From an uncultured Candidatus Actinomarina sp. (lineage in GTDB: Bacteria > Actinomycetota > Acidimicrobiia > Actinomarinales > Actinomarinaceae), in NCBI GenBank assembly GCA_902625455.1, contig CACOBL010000002.1:561-64560 (forward strand): a DNA stretch of 64,000 bases, in the 5' to 3' direction. Shown piece by piece: positions 27,840 through 37,949 of the stretch. The notes beneath the pieces were generated by a model. The model saw only the letters and a program-made list of their open reading frames with translations, did no database searches and was not told the origin of the DNA. The position numbers were made by a program, and so were the translations under genes. The first letter of the stretch is position 1. Every line of letters begins with the position of its first letter.

Positions 27840-28958
27840 ATGAGAGAATTAGCAATAAATATTCATGATTCAATATTTGGATCATTGCCAACAACAGAGT
27901 TACTTAATAAAGCATTTGAAAAGAAAAAAGAATATTTTGGACATTCAATAACCTATAGTCCAAAAGTTTTCATCCCACTTACAACTATGTGTAGAGATAA
28001 TTGTGGATATTGTACTTTTGTAAAATCACCAAAACAAGGCGGGACGTATTTAAATGAAGATGAAGTTATTAGTATCGCAAGTGCCGGTGATGAAGCTGGA
28101 TGTTACGAGGCTTTGTTTACATTGGGAGATAAGCCAGAATTAAAATGGGATTTTGCTAGAGAGCAATTAAATCAATATGGATTTTCTACTACTCATCAAT
28201 ACTTAGTAAATTTAATGCAAAAAGTTAACGAAAACTATAATTTATTCCCTCATGCAAATCCTGGAATTATGAGTAAACAAGAAATTAAAGAATTAAAGAA
28301 ATACTCACCATCAGGAGGCTTGATGATCGAAACATTTTCAAGTAAAGTACATGAAAAAGGTAGAGCTCATTACAAAACTAACACCAAATTTGTAAATCAG
28401 AGAATTAAAACACTTGAAAATGCATTGGATGAAATGTACCCAGTCACCACTGGTTTGCTTTTAGGACTCACAGATACAGAAGAAGAAATTGTAGAAGATA
28501 TAACAAAGCTAATCCTATTAATCAAAGAAAATAAAGCTATTCAGGAAGTCATCCTTCAAAATTTTAGAGCAAAGAAAAATACTATTATGAAAAATAATTC
28601 TGAAATTACAAATGATTTATTCTTACGGATCATAGCAACTACAAGAATTTATTCTCCTTCTCATGTTTCAATACAAGTTCCGCCAAATTTGTCACCTGAT
28701 ATTAATTTATTTTTTAAAAGTGGAATTAATGATCTTGGTGGGATTTCCCCTATAACTATTGACTGGGTTAATCCAGACCATCTTTGGCCAAATATTAATG
28801 ATTTAAAAAATAATATTTCAAGCACTGGACAAAAATTAAAAAAGAGGTTGCCCGTATATCCAGAATTTATAGAAAAAGAATGGTTAAATGAAGATATTTT
28901 TGAAAAAGTTAATAATATTATTGATACAGACGGATATCCACAGGACGCAAATGTATAA
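27840..28958 (+). CDS. cofG: 7,8-didemethyl-8-hydroxy-5-deazariboflavin (FO) synthase subunit CofG
   Basis: Radical-SAM 'CRDNCGYCTF', about 370 aa. Confidence 0.85.
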   Translation: MRELAINIHDSIFGSLPTTELLNKAFEKKKEYFGHSITYSPKVFIPLTTMCRDNCGYCTFVKSPKQGGTYLNEDEVISIASAGDEAGCYEALFTLGDKPELKWDFAREQLNQYGFSTTHQYLVNLMQKVNENYNLFPHANPGIMSKQEIKELKKYSPSGGLMIETFSSKVHEKGRAHYKTNTKFVNQRIKTLENALDEMYPVTTGLLLGLTDTEEEIVEDITKLILLIKENKAIQEVILQNFRAKKNTIMKNNSEITNDLFLRIIATTRIYSPSHVSIQVPPNLSPDINLFFKSGINDLGGISPITIDWVNPDHLWPNINDLKNNISSTGQKLKKRLPVYPEFIEKEWLNEDIFEKVNNIIDTDGYPQDANV

Positions 28959-30786
28959 GAATATATCGTTTTTAAGAATCAGACCATGTGATAACGAAAA
29001 TGAAATTTATCTTAATTCAAGACGACTAGAAGGAACTTCCACTTTTTTAATTAGAAGTAAGCTGAAACTTGAAATAAATAAAATACATCAAAAAGAGTTT
29101 CAAACACTCTCTAAAGATATAGAAATTGATGTAGATTCATGGTTAATAAACGACAGTAATTGGAAAAGTTTTATCGATAAACATCCCAAAAGATTAATTT
29201 ATAATTTTAAAAATAAAAAAGAAATAGCTTTGGAAATTATAGATAGGTTAAAGCCACATACAATTTTAGTTTCTAAACCTTCAAATCTTAAATTTTTAAA
29301 TTCAATAAAGACAAATACAAAATTTATAACTACTGCATACGTTGACAACATTGAGGAAGTTGTTGAATATTTAAAATACGGTATATCAGATTTATTATTG
29401 AGAGACTGGAGCTCAGCACAGATTGATGAGTTACAAAATATTGAAGGCTACAATTTCTATGAGAGGACATTACTATCTCCAATTTTTTCAATTGATGAAG
29501 CAAGAGAAGAATTTAATAAGGAAAGATATTTCAGATATTTAAACACAAGAAATGTAAGGGGTTTCAGAAGGGAAAAAACAGACTGGTCTCCGGGAAGTGG
29601 AAAAAAACTTCCAGAATTAAACAATTTTGTATTTAATAATAAAAGTCAATTTAAATATACAGAAATAGATGAGATTTTACAAAATGTTATTAATGGATAT
29701 CAAATTACTGATAATGAATTAAAGTTATTATTTCATACTGCAGGTGAAAAAATAAATGACATTTCGAATACTGCTAATGAATTAAATTTTATAAAAAATG
29801 GTAATAATGTAACATTCGTCAAAAATCGAAATATTAATTATACGAACCAATGTACTTACAAATGTGGATTTTGTGGCTTTTCAAAAGGCCCAAATAGTTT
29901 GAATCTAAAAGAGAAACCTTACTCTATTGATATCCAAGAGATAGTCGATAGATCTGTTGAAGCTTTTGAAATGGGTGCATCAGAAGTTTGTCTACAGGGT
30001 GGAATCCATCCAAATTACACTGGTGAGTTTTATTTAAATATGGTTAAAGAAATTAAACAAGCTATCCCAGAAATGCACATCCACGGTTTTACCCCTTTAG
30101 AGATATGGCAAGGAGCTGAAACGATAAATTTAAGCATTGAAGATTATTTAAAACTTCTTATGGATGCAGGTTTAAATACTCTACCTGGCACTGCAGCTGA
30201 AATATTAGATGACAGAATCCGAAGATTTTTATGTCCTGATAAAATCACTTCTTCTCAATGGGCATATGTCATGGAAGTAGCCCACAGTTTAGGATTGAAA
30301 TCAACAGCAACAATAATGTTTGGCCACATAGATGATATAGATTCATGGGTAAATCATTTTTCATTGATAAAGAATATCCAAATGAATACGGGAGGCTTTA
30401 CAGAAGTTGTGCCGTTACCTTTTGTGCATATGGGATCACCAATTTATCTTAGAGGTAAAAGCATGCCGGGACCTACATGGGATGAAGTAGTCTTGATACA
30501 TTCACTTGCTCGAATATATTTCACAAACATAATTGACAATATACAAGCAAGTTGGGTAAAACTAGGTCACGATGGTGCAGGTAAATTACTTAAAGCTGGT
30601 GTAAATGATCTTGGTGGTACATTAATAAACGAAAACATTAGTAGAGCCTCAGGTGCTGACCACGGTCAAGAAACTACAGGTAAGCAATTTATCGAACTCA
30701 TTGAAAGTTTTAACAAAACACCTATCTTGAGGAATACTCTTTATACAGAATTAAAAAATCCTAAAACTTTAATTAAATATTCATGA
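28951..30786 (+). CDS. cofH: FO synthase subunit CofH with ~250-aa N-terminal extension of unknown function
   Basis: The C-terminal ~360 aa carry the radical-SAM 'CTYKCGFCGF' and CofH-like downstream motifs. The start is ATG 28951, giving an 8-nt 'ATGTATAA' overlap with the cofG stop. The preceding ~250 aa in the same frame have no recognisable motif. Confidence 0.75.
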   Translation: MYKNISFLRIRPCDNENEIYLNSRRLEGTSTFLIRSKLKLEINKIHQKEFQTLSKDIEIDVDSWLINDSNWKSFIDKHPKRLIYNFKNKKEIALEIIDRLKPHTILVSKPSNLKFLNSIKTNTKFITTAYVDNIEEVVEYLKYGISDLLLRDWSSAQIDELQNIEGYNFYERTLLSPIFSIDEAREEFNKERYFRYLNTRNVRGFRREKTDWSPGSGKKLPELNNFVFNNKSQFKYTEIDEILQNVINGYQITDNELKLLFHTAGEKINDISNTANELNFIKNGNNVTFVKNRNINYTNQCTYKCGFCGFSKGPNSLNLKEKPYSIDIQEIVDRSVEAFEMGASEVCLQGGIHPNYTGEFYLNMVKEIKQAIPEMHIHGFTPLEIWQGAETINLSIEDYLKLLMDAGLNTLPGTAAEILDDRIRRFLCPDKITSSQWAYVMEVAHSLGLKSTATIMFGHIDDIDSWVNHFSLIKNIQMNTGGFTEVVPLPFVHMGSPIYLRGKSMPGPTWDEVVLIHSLARIYFTNIIDNIQASWVKLGHDGAGKLLKAGVNDLGGTLINENISRASGADHGQETTGKQFIELIESFNKTPILRNTLYTELKNPKTLIKYS

Positions 30787-31418
30787 ATACATATAATGTC
30801 ATAACATTATTTCCAAAATTAGTAGAAGAGTGGAAAAATATAGGAATTGTTAGACAAGCAATTAAAAATGAACTTGTAAATATTCAAACAACAGATTTAA
30901 GAGAGTATGGAATTGGAGATTATAAACAAGTTGATGATTCTCCATATGGTGGAGGGCCTGGAATGGTATTAATGCCCGAACCGTTAGATAACGCTATTAA
31001 GTCATTCAATTCTGAAGTAAATGTTTTCTTAACTCCCTCAGGGGAACAATTGAATGAAGTACTATTGATGAAATTACTATCTTTTAAGTCAATAAATGTG
31101 ATAGCTGGTAGGTATGAAGGATTTGATCAAAGAATCTTAGATATTCATGCAGATTTTAAGGTTTCTATAGGACATGCAGTTGTTTCTGGAGGAGAGGTTC
31201 CAGCAATGTATATGCTTGAAGCATTAGTCAGAAGAATTCCAGGAGTATTAGGAAATCCTGAATCATTAAAATTTGAAACATTTAATGATAACAAATATGA
31301 TTTTCCTGTGTATACCAGGCCTGAAACCTTTAATAATTTATCAGTTCCAGAAGTTTTGTTGTCTGGAAATCATAAAGAAATTGAAGAATGGAAAAAGAAT
31401 AATTTAAAAGACATATAA
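30783..31418 (+). CDS. trmD: tRNA (guanine37-N1)-methyltransferase
   Basis: 'ITLFPKLVE', 'DDSPYGGGPGMVLMPEPL' and 'AGRYEGFDQR'. Confidence 0.9.
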   Translation: MNTYNVITLFPKLVEEWKNIGIVRQAIKNELVNIQTTDLREYGIGDYKQVDDSPYGGGPGMVLMPEPLDNAIKSFNSEVNVFLTPSGEQLNEVLLMKLLSFKSINVIAGRYEGFDQRILDIHADFKVSIGHAVVSGGEVPAMYMLEALVRRIPGVLGNPESLKFETFNDNKYDFPVYTRPETFNNLSVPEVLLSGNHKEIEEWKKNNLKDI

Positions 31419-31455
31419 AGTATATTTACTTATATAATTCTTTCTTGGAGTCATT

Positions 31456-31800
31456 ATGGATTTAATCGAAAATATTGAAAAACAGTTTTTAAAAGAAGAT
31501 TTACCAGAATTCAAATCTGGAGACACAGTAAAAGTTAATGTAAAAGTCTCTGAAGGAAATAGAGAGAGAATTCAGACATTCGAAGGTGTCATTATTGCCA
31601 TAAACGGTGTTGGAATCAATAAAACAATTACAGTGCGAAAATTGTCATTTGGAGTTGGTGTAGAGAGAATATTTCCTGTTCATGCACCAATATTAGATTC
31701 CCTAGAAGTTGTTAGAAAAGGTAAGGTTAGACGCTCAAAACTATATTATCTTCGTGATCGAGTGGGTAAATCTGCAAAAATTAAAGAAGATCGCAATTAA
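31456..31800 (+). CDS. rplS: 50S ribosomal protein L19
   Basis: '[30 protein letters not shown]'. Confidence 0.9.
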   Translation: MDLIENIEKQFLKEDLPEFKSGDTVKVNVKVSEGNRERIQTFEGVIIAINGVGINKTITVRKLSFGVGVERIFPVHAPILDSLEVVRKGKVRRSKLYYLRDRVGKSAKIKEDRN

Positions 31801-31814
31801 CTAATTATTATTAA

Positions 31815-32405
31815 ATTATTATCAAAAAAATACTTAAATTAATTTCAACGATTGTTCTGGCAGTTCTTGCAGCTACATTAGTAAGAACATTACTAGTTCA
31901 AATATATTACATTCCCTCAACATCAATGGAACCCACATTAAAAATAGACGATAGAGTCCTTGTAGTAAAAGATACAATTGTACAATTGAATATCGACAGT
32001 GGAGACATTGTGGTTTTTTATAACAATGATTCTGAGCATTCAGTTGGTTTATTCCAAGAATATCTAGACGGGCTTCAAATATGGAAAATAAATGATATAG
32101 ACTCCCAAAACAATATTGCGATTATTAAAAGAGTAGTGGGGGTTGGTGGTGATATAGTTGAAATCTTAGAAAACGGAGAAGTATTCGTTAATAATTCAAA
32201 ATTTACAATACTAAATATTGATGAAGGAGTTAATTTCAAGAGAGAAACATTTTTAATTCCTGAAAACGAGATTTTTGTATTAGGTGACAATAGACCAAAT
32301 AGTCAAGACTCTAGATACATTGGAACTATTCCTATGGGAAATATTATTGGAAAAGCTACGCATTTAATTTATCCCATAGAAAATTTTAAAAAACTAGATG
32401 ATTGA
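31815..32405 (+). CDS. lepB: signal peptidase I (start codon uncertain, probably non-AUG)
   Basis: 'IPSTSMEPTL' catalytic Ser box at the first ATG, plus 'GDNRPNSQDSR'. The obligatory N-terminal TM helix ('ILKLISTIVLAVLAATLVRTLL') lies in-frame upstream of that ATG, with no ATG/GTG/TTG after the rplS stop. Confidence 0.65.
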   Translation: MIIKKILKLISTIVLAVLAATLVRTLLVQIYYIPSTSMEPTLKIDDRVLVVKDTIVQLNIDSGDIVVFYNNDSEHSVGLFQEYLDGLQIWKINDIDSQNNIAIIKRVVGVGGDIVEILENGEVFVNNSKFTILNIDEGVNFKRETFLIPENEIFVLGDNRPNSQDSRYIGTIPMGNIIGKATHLIYPIENFKKLDD

Positions 32406-32985
32406 AGATAAAATTTGGAAATCAAATCCAAGCAATTACATTATAGGAAGTGATGAAGTTGGAAGGGGTTCTTTTGCTGGACCAATTGGTGCAGCTTCTG
32501 TACGTGTTAATTATGAAAGTATAGATTTGTTAATGGACGTCAAAGACTCAAAAAAGTTATCTCCAAAAAAAAGAAATCAAATATTTGAATTAGTTCAAGA
32601 AAAAGAAATAGAATATTCTTATAAAGAACGTGACAATAAATTTATTGATCTTTACGGAATAAAATTAGCAAACGAAAAAGTTTTAGAAGATTCTATATCA
32701 TCGATATTCCAAGATGGTGATATCGTATACGTTGATCATTTTAAAATATCAAAATTTAATGCTATTTCAATTATTAGAGGTGAGGACAACTGCAGGCCAA
32801 TTGCTCTCGCTAGTATTGTCGCAAAAGTTCTTAGAGATAATTTTATGATTGAGATATCAGAGGAATATAACAGATACGCATTTGCTAGAAATAAAGGTTA
32901 TGGAACTAAAGAACATAGATTAGCAATTCAAAAATATGGACTCTCCGATTTTCATCGTAAATCTTTTAATTTAATGCCCAAATAA
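32398..32985 (+). CDS. rnhB: ribonuclease HII
   Basis: 'IGSDEVGRGSFAGPIGAASV'. Confidence 0.85.
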   Translation: MIEDKIWKSNPSNYIIGSDEVGRGSFAGPIGAASVRVNYESIDLLMDVKDSKKLSPKKRNQIFELVQEKEIEYSYKERDNKFIDLYGIKLANEKVLEDSISSIFQDGDIVYVDHFKISKFNAISIIRGEDNCRPIALASIVAKVLRDNFMIEISEEYNRYAFARNKGYGTKEHRLAIQKYGLSDFHRKSFNLMPK

Positions 32986-33111
32986 CAACAATAATTGTTA
33001 ACAACAGTGCAGCAATAATATTCAAATAGTCTGTTTTATTTGCCTTGTATGGTTTATTTGGATCAAATCCCATACATACATTCTAAATAGATTTGTATTA
33101 AACTTTTTAAT

Positions 33112-33867
33112 ATGACACTTGAATCAAATATTATAAATGAAATTAAATTCCTACAATTTAATGATGAAAAAGCGATGAATGCTATTAGTGCTGATGATTG
33201 GATTAAATTACAAGAGGAACTTGATTCATTTGAAAATAGCGAATTAAAGTACTTGGTGATTAAGCATATCAATGGTAATTATTCTGCTGGCGCACAATTA
33301 GGAGAAACAGTCAATGCACTGATGGACGATGTTTCTAATGCAGCAATAAAAATGTGGAACTGTAAAAAACCTATAATATCTCTTGTTGATGGAATTGCTG
33401 CAGGTGCTGGAGCAAATATGATGCTCCTTAGTGATTTCATTATTGCAACACCTCAAACAAGGTTTATTGAAGTTTTTGTTAGAAGAGGACTAGTTGTTGA
33501 TTTTGGTGGTTCATGGGTTTTACCAAGGATAATTGGAATTCAAAAAGCAAAAGAATTAATGATGACATCTAATGAAATCAATGGCGAAGAACTAGATAGA
33601 TTAGGAGTCCTTTACAAATTAACTCAATCTGAAAATATGGATACAGAATTTAAAAATTTAATCGAAAATTTAAATAAACAAAGTTTTATATCTATTTGTA
33701 TGGTCAAACAACAAATTAAAGATGGCTTGGATTTAACATTCGAGAAATCAATAGGAAACGAAACAATAAATCAAAATAGTAGATTTCAGCATGCGGATGT
33801 TGCTGAAGGTATGACTGCTTTTTTTGAAAAAAGACAACCAAATTATAAAAATACATTGGATGAATAA
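33112..33867 (+). CDS. enoyl-CoA hydratase/isomerase (crotonase) family protein
   Basis: 'ISLVDGIAAGAGANMMLLSDFIIA' oxyanion-hole motif. Confidence 0.75.
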   Translation: MTLESNIINEIKFLQFNDEKAMNAISADDWIKLQEELDSFENSELKYLVIKHINGNYSAGAQLGETVNALMDDVSNAAIKMWNCKKPIISLVDGIAAGAGANMMLLSDFIIATPQTRFIEVFVRRGLVVDFGGSWVLPRIIGIQKAKELMMTSNEINGEELDRLGVLYKLTQSENMDTEFKNLIENLNKQSFISICMVKQQIKDGLDLTFEKSIGNETINQNSRFQHADVAEGMTAFFEKRQPNYKNTLDE

Positions 33868-33941
33868 AATAATTGCATAATTATACATTTAAGTGAATAT
33901 TTATGCGATACTTTATACTTAAGAAATTGGAGGTTTACTAA

Positions 33942-34826
33942 GTGAAATCTAAGAAATCACTCCTTTTAATTTTTGTTTTAGCATTGGTAGCTACAGCTTG
34001 TTCAACCGCTGCAACTCCATGTGATGAAGCAGAAATTACAACAGGAGAAAATGGATTACCTGATTTAGGTGGTTGTGAATTTACGTTTGCTGTAGAGAAT
34101 GCATATTTGCCATTCAATTATATTGATGCAGCTGACGGTGAAGCTAAAGGCTGGGACTATGATGTATTTAATCATATGGGTGAATTAATGAACTTTACAC
34201 CAGTTTATGTACCAGCAGCTTGGGATGGAATGATACAAGCTGTAGCTGATGGACAATTCATGGTTGCTGGTGACGGTATAACAATCACAGCAGAGAGAGA
34301 TGAAATTATTGACTTTTCTAATGGTTACATCAATCTAGCCCAAAGAGTACTTGTAGCAGTTGGTAACGATGAAATTACGAGTATTGATGATCTTAAAAAT
34401 GGAGATTATACAGTCGCAACTCAAAAAGGAACTACAAACTATGAGTTTGCAGTTGCTGAATTAGGTGAAGATAAAGTTAAAGCATTTGATGATTTTAACT
34501 TTGCTATTCAAGCTGTTATCTCTGGTGATGCAGATGCGTCTATTATTGATGAGACTGCCGGTTTAGGATACATGGGTGCAAATAAAGATCAAGTTAAGTT
34601 GGTTGGTGGAGATTTAACATCTGAACAATTAGGGTTTGCATTTCCTAATGGAAGTCCATTAGTAGATGTTGTTAATCAAGGCCTTGCAGCTATGGAAGAA
34701 AGTGGAAAACTTGCAGAAATAAATGCGAAGTTCTTTTCACCAGATTTTGCAGTTACTTATGATGATATAGCAGAGTGTGATGAAAACATTCCTGCTGAAT
34801 ATCTTCCTGAGGATTGTGACGTATAA
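33942..34826 (+). CDS. ABC transporter substrate-binding lipoprotein (polar amino-acid family 3)
   Basis: Lipoprotein signal 'LVLALVATAC' and SBP_bac_3-like features; upstream RBS 'GGAGG'. Confidence 0.7.
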   Translation: MKSKKSLLLIFVLALVATACSTAATPCDEAEITTGENGLPDLGGCEFTFAVENAYLPFNYIDAADGEAKGWDYDVFNHMGELMNFTPVYVPAAWDGMIQAVADGQFMVAGDGITITAERDEIIDFSNGYINLAQRVLVAVGNDEITSIDDLKNGDYTVATQKGTTNYEFAVAELGEDKVKAFDDFNFAIQAVISGDADASIIDETAGLGYMGANKDQVKLVGGDLTSEQLGFAFPNGSPLVDVVNQGLAAMEESGKLAEINAKFFSPDFAVTYDDIAECDENIPAEYLPEDCDV

Positions 34827-34855
34827 ATAAGTAAATTATTTATATATAAATTTGT

Positions 34856-34881
34856 AATAGGCACGGAAAACCGTGCCTATT
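34856..34881. terminator. intercistronic perfect hairpin (11-bp stem, 4-nt loop) between the SBP and permease genes
   Basis: AATAGGCACGG-AAAA-CCGTGCCTATT followed by a U-rich 'GCTTTATTATT'. Candidate partial terminator or mRNA-stabilising element. Confidence 0.5.
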
Positions 34882-34902
34882 GCTTTATTATTAGAAAAAT
34901 AC

Positions 34903-35658
34903 ATGAAAATTAAAAATTTATTCAAACCTGACAATTGGTGGTTGCTGATATTGATTGGAATCATTTCCTGGATGATTTATGTCATTTTTTCTAATCCAGA
35001 ATATAACAAAGCTTTTAATTTTATTCTTCCTGGGCTTTCTATAACTTTTTTATCAACAATAATTTCATTTGTAATCGCACTTTTTTTAGGTTTGATATCT
35101 GGGATTGGTCGTATTTCTAAAAACAAATTAGCTAGTACAATATCTAGAACTTACATTGAATTTATAAGGGGTGTCCCTGTACTTATCTTAATTTTCACGA
35201 TTGCATTTGTTGTAGTTGTTAGAGGTGCTGAATTTTTTAATATAAATAATGGCAATGTTCCAATGCTTGTTCGTGCAATAATTGCTTTGTCAGTATTTTA
35301 TGGTGCATATATTGCTGAGGTGTTTAGAGCGGGTATAGAATCTGTTCCTGTAGGTCAGCGTGAAGGAGGAGCATCTCTTGGTTTAACAGACAGGCAGGTT
35401 ATGAGATTTATAGTTTTACCTCAAGCTTTTAGAAACATGCTTCCGGCCTTAGGAAATGATTTCATATCAATGATGAAAGATTCTTCATTATTATCAGTAT
35501 TAGCTGTTGAAGATTTGACATACAGAGGTAGATTGTATTCAGGAAGTACCTTCAGATTTGCAGAAACTTATCTTGTTCTTACTGTTTTATATTTAATAAT
35601 TACACTGATATTATCAGGACTACAGAGAAGACTTGAGAAAAGACTTGAATCTAAATAA
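34903..35658 (+). CDS. amino-acid ABC transporter permease (His/Glu/Gln/Arg/opine family)
   Basis: EAA loop '[30 protein letters not shown]'. Start moved to ATG 34903 because the GTG at 34873 lies inside the hairpin. Confidence 0.8.
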   Translation: MKIKNLFKPDNWWLLILIGIISWMIYVIFSNPEYNKAFNFILPGLSITFLSTIISFVIALFLGLISGIGRISKNKLASTISRTYIEFIRGVPVLILIFTIAFVVVVRGAEFFNINNGNVPMLVRAIIALSVFYGAYIAEVFRAGIESVPVGQREGGASLGLTDRQVMRFIVLPQAFRNMLPALGNDFISMMKDSSLLSVLAVEDLTYRGRLYSGSTFRFAETYLVLTVLYLIITLILSGLQRRLEKRLESK

Positions 35659-36502
35659 TCAATCAGATAGAGAAAAAATACTCAATGAATATTTAGTTTA
35701 TATAAAAAATGTAAAAAATTACTCAGAGAATACTATTAAATCTTATAGATCAGATATAAAACATTATTTTGAAAATTCTGAAAGAATTGGAGAATTTTCA
35801 AATTATCTTAAAATTTTAAATAAGGATAGATATTCAAAAACTTCTGTCAATCGTAAAATTACATCAATCAGAACTTTTTTATATTGGGCTATTGATAGTG
35901 GTTACTTAAATCAAAATGAAATAAAAATTGTAAATAATCTCAAAGTTGAAAAAAAACTACCAAATGTTCTAACGTCATCTTATATAAATAAACTACTAGA
36001 CGGCCTCCCTGAATCTACTGAAAAAGATCTCAGAGATAAAGCCATTTTGGAGATAATGTATTCATCTGGCCTGAGAGTTAGCGAAGTATCAAATTTAACT
36101 TTAAACAGTATAAATAAAAATAACTCTATAAAAGTCTTGGGTAAAGGGAATAAAGAAAGAGTACTACCTATGACCAAAAGAGCATATGTATATATTAAAA
36201 AATATATTGAAACTTCTAGACCAAAATTTCAAAATGAAAAATCAAAAAATAATCTTTTTCTTGGTGTAAGGGGAGGTCGATTAAACGATAGAGAAATTAG
36301 ACGAATTGTTAAACTTAGGTGTGGAACATTCCCACATAGCATTAGGCATACTTTTGCAACTCATTTGCTGGAAGGCGGTGCAGATTTGAGAATAGTACAA
36401 GAACTTCTAGGTCACAACGATCCCAGTACGACACAAATTTATACACATGTATCAAAGAAGCAACTACAAAAAAAATATAAACAATCTCATCCAAGGGGTT
36501 GA
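35633..36502 (+). CDS. xerC: tyrosine recombinase XerC/XerD (chromosome dimer resolution)
   Basis: '[39 protein letters not shown]' (catalytic R-H-R-Y region), located upstream of rpsB as in actinobacterial xerC. Confidence 0.75.
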   Translation: MRKDLNLNNQSDREKILNEYLVYIKNVKNYSENTIKSYRSDIKHYFENSERIGEFSNYLKILNKDRYSKTSVNRKITSIRTFLYWAIDSGYLNQNEIKIVNNLKVEKKLPNVLTSSYINKLLDGLPESTEKDLRDKAILEIMYSSGLRVSEVSNLTLNSINKNNSIKVLGKGNKERVLPMTKRAYVYIKKYIETSRPKFQNEKSKNNLFLGVRGGRLNDREIRRIVKLRCGTFPHSIRHTFATHLLEGGADLRIVQELLGHNDPSTTQIYTHVSKKQLQKKYKQSHPRG

Positions 36503-36628
36503 ATAATATCTTTTCGATATTAGAATTCTTATGAAAATAGACACCATATTTGCAAGTTTCCTTGGTGAACGAAAGTTTGGAAACCGCTTAGGCAAGGAAT
36601 ATGGGATGTATAAACCAAAGGAGAAAAA

Positions 36629-37339
36629 TTGAGTACAACAATGAAAGACCTGCTTGAAGCAGGCGTACATTTTGGACATCAAACTCAACGATGGAATCCC
36701 AAAATGAATAAATTTATCTATGGAGCTAAAAGTGGCATTCACATTTTAGATCTTAGAATCACTTACGATGCAATTGAACAAGCACAAGAATATGTACAAA
36801 AGTTAGTTGCAAATAGTGGAAAGGTTTTATTTGTAGGAACTAAACCACAAGCTCAACAAGTAATTGAAGATCAAGCAGTACGTGCAGGTATGCCTTATGT
36901 AAACTTTAGATGGTTGGGTGGAATGCTCACAAATTTTAAAACAATCATCAAAAGAGTAGTTTATTTAAAAGAATTAAAGTCATTAGAGTCATCAGGTGAA
37001 ATAAATGCATATACAAAATCTGAAAGACTAAGGATTAAAAGAGAGATTGAAAAACTTACAAAATCAATAGGTGGAATTGTAAATTTAAATAAACTTCCAG
37101 ATGCAATTTTTGTTGTTGATCTTTTAAACGAATCAACAGCTATTACAGAAGCACAAAAATTAGGTATTCCAGTTATTGGTTTAGCGGACTCAAATGTAGA
37201 TCCTGAAGGTGTTGAAATTGTTATTCCTGGTAATGATGATGCAATAAGATCGATTGAATTAATTGCATCAGCAATTGCTGATGCTTGCCTTAAAGGTTCA
37301 GGCAAAAGAAGTGAAGTCGAGAATAAGGAGAATGAATAA
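36629..37339 (+). CDS. rpsB: 30S ribosomal protein S2
   Basis: 'MKDLLEAGVHFGHQTQRWNPKM'. RBS AAAGGAG four nt upstream of a TTG start. Confidence 0.9.
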   Translation: MSTTMKDLLEAGVHFGHQTQRWNPKMNKFIYGAKSGIHILDLRITYDAIEQAQEYVQKLVANSGKVLFVGTKPQAQQVIEDQAVRAGMPYVNFRWLGGMLTNFKTIIKRVVYLKELKSLESSGEINAYTKSERLRIKREIEKLTKSIGGIVNLNKLPDAIFVVDLLNESTAITEAQKLGIPVIGLADSNVDPEGVEIVIPGNDDAIRSIELIASAIADACLKGSGKRSEVENKENE

Positions 37340-37947
37340 TGTCAATTTCAGCAGCTGATGTAAAAAAATTACGTGACATGACTGGCGCTGGAATGATGGA
37401 TGCTAAAAAAGCTCTGACAGAAAGTGATGGAGATTTCGACAGTGCTGTTAAGTATCTTAGAGAAAAAGGTTTAGCAGACTCAAAAAAAAGAGCAGATAAA
37501 GAAGCGAACCAAGGAACTATCGGTGATTATATTCATTTTCAACAAGATAGAGCTGTTGCTGGTGTTCTCGTTGAACTAGCCTGTGAAACTGATTTTGTTG
37601 CTAAATCAGATGAATTTAAAAATGTTGCTAAACAAGTTGCAATGCATATAGCGGCTTTAAAACCTGAATTTTTAAATGTCGAAGATGTACCTTTAGAAAG
37701 AATCGATGAGGAAAAAGAAATTATTAAAAAGCAATCAGAAAATGAAGGAAAACCTGAAGATGTTATTTCAAAAATTGTCGATGGAAAAATTTCATCTTTT
37801 TATAAAGATTATGTATTGAATGAACAAACATTTTGTAATCCTGAATTTTATGAAGGTCAAGTTGGTACAATGATTGAAGAACTATCTGGAAAATTAGGTG
37901 AAAAAATTTACATTAAGAAATTTTCGAGAATCGAGGTTGGTACATAG
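37339..37947 (+). CDS. tsf: elongation factor Ts
   Basis: '[24 protein letters not shown]'. Confidence 0.9.
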   Translation: MSISAADVKKLRDMTGAGMMDAKKALTESDGDFDSAVKYLREKGLADSKKRADKEANQGTIGDYIHFQQDRAVAGVLVELACETDFVAKSDEFKNVAKQVAMHIAALKPEFLNVEDVPLERIDEEKEIIKKQSENEGKPEDVISKIVDGKISSFYKDYVLNEQTFCNPEFYEGQVGTMIEELSGKLGEKIYIKKFSRIEVGT

Positions 37948-37949
37948 TA

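Noticed and set aside
28888-28950. Longer cofH start at 28888 overlapping cofG by 71 nt
   Set aside because: The internal ATG at 28951 gives the classic 8-nt ATGTATAA coupling overlap. The upstream 21 codons lie inside cofG's conserved C-terminus.
33063-33272. 69-aa minus-strand ORF in the rnhB–crotonase spacer
   Set aside because: It overlaps the crotonase start, has a hydrophobic low-complexity sequence, and no RBS. Probably spurious.
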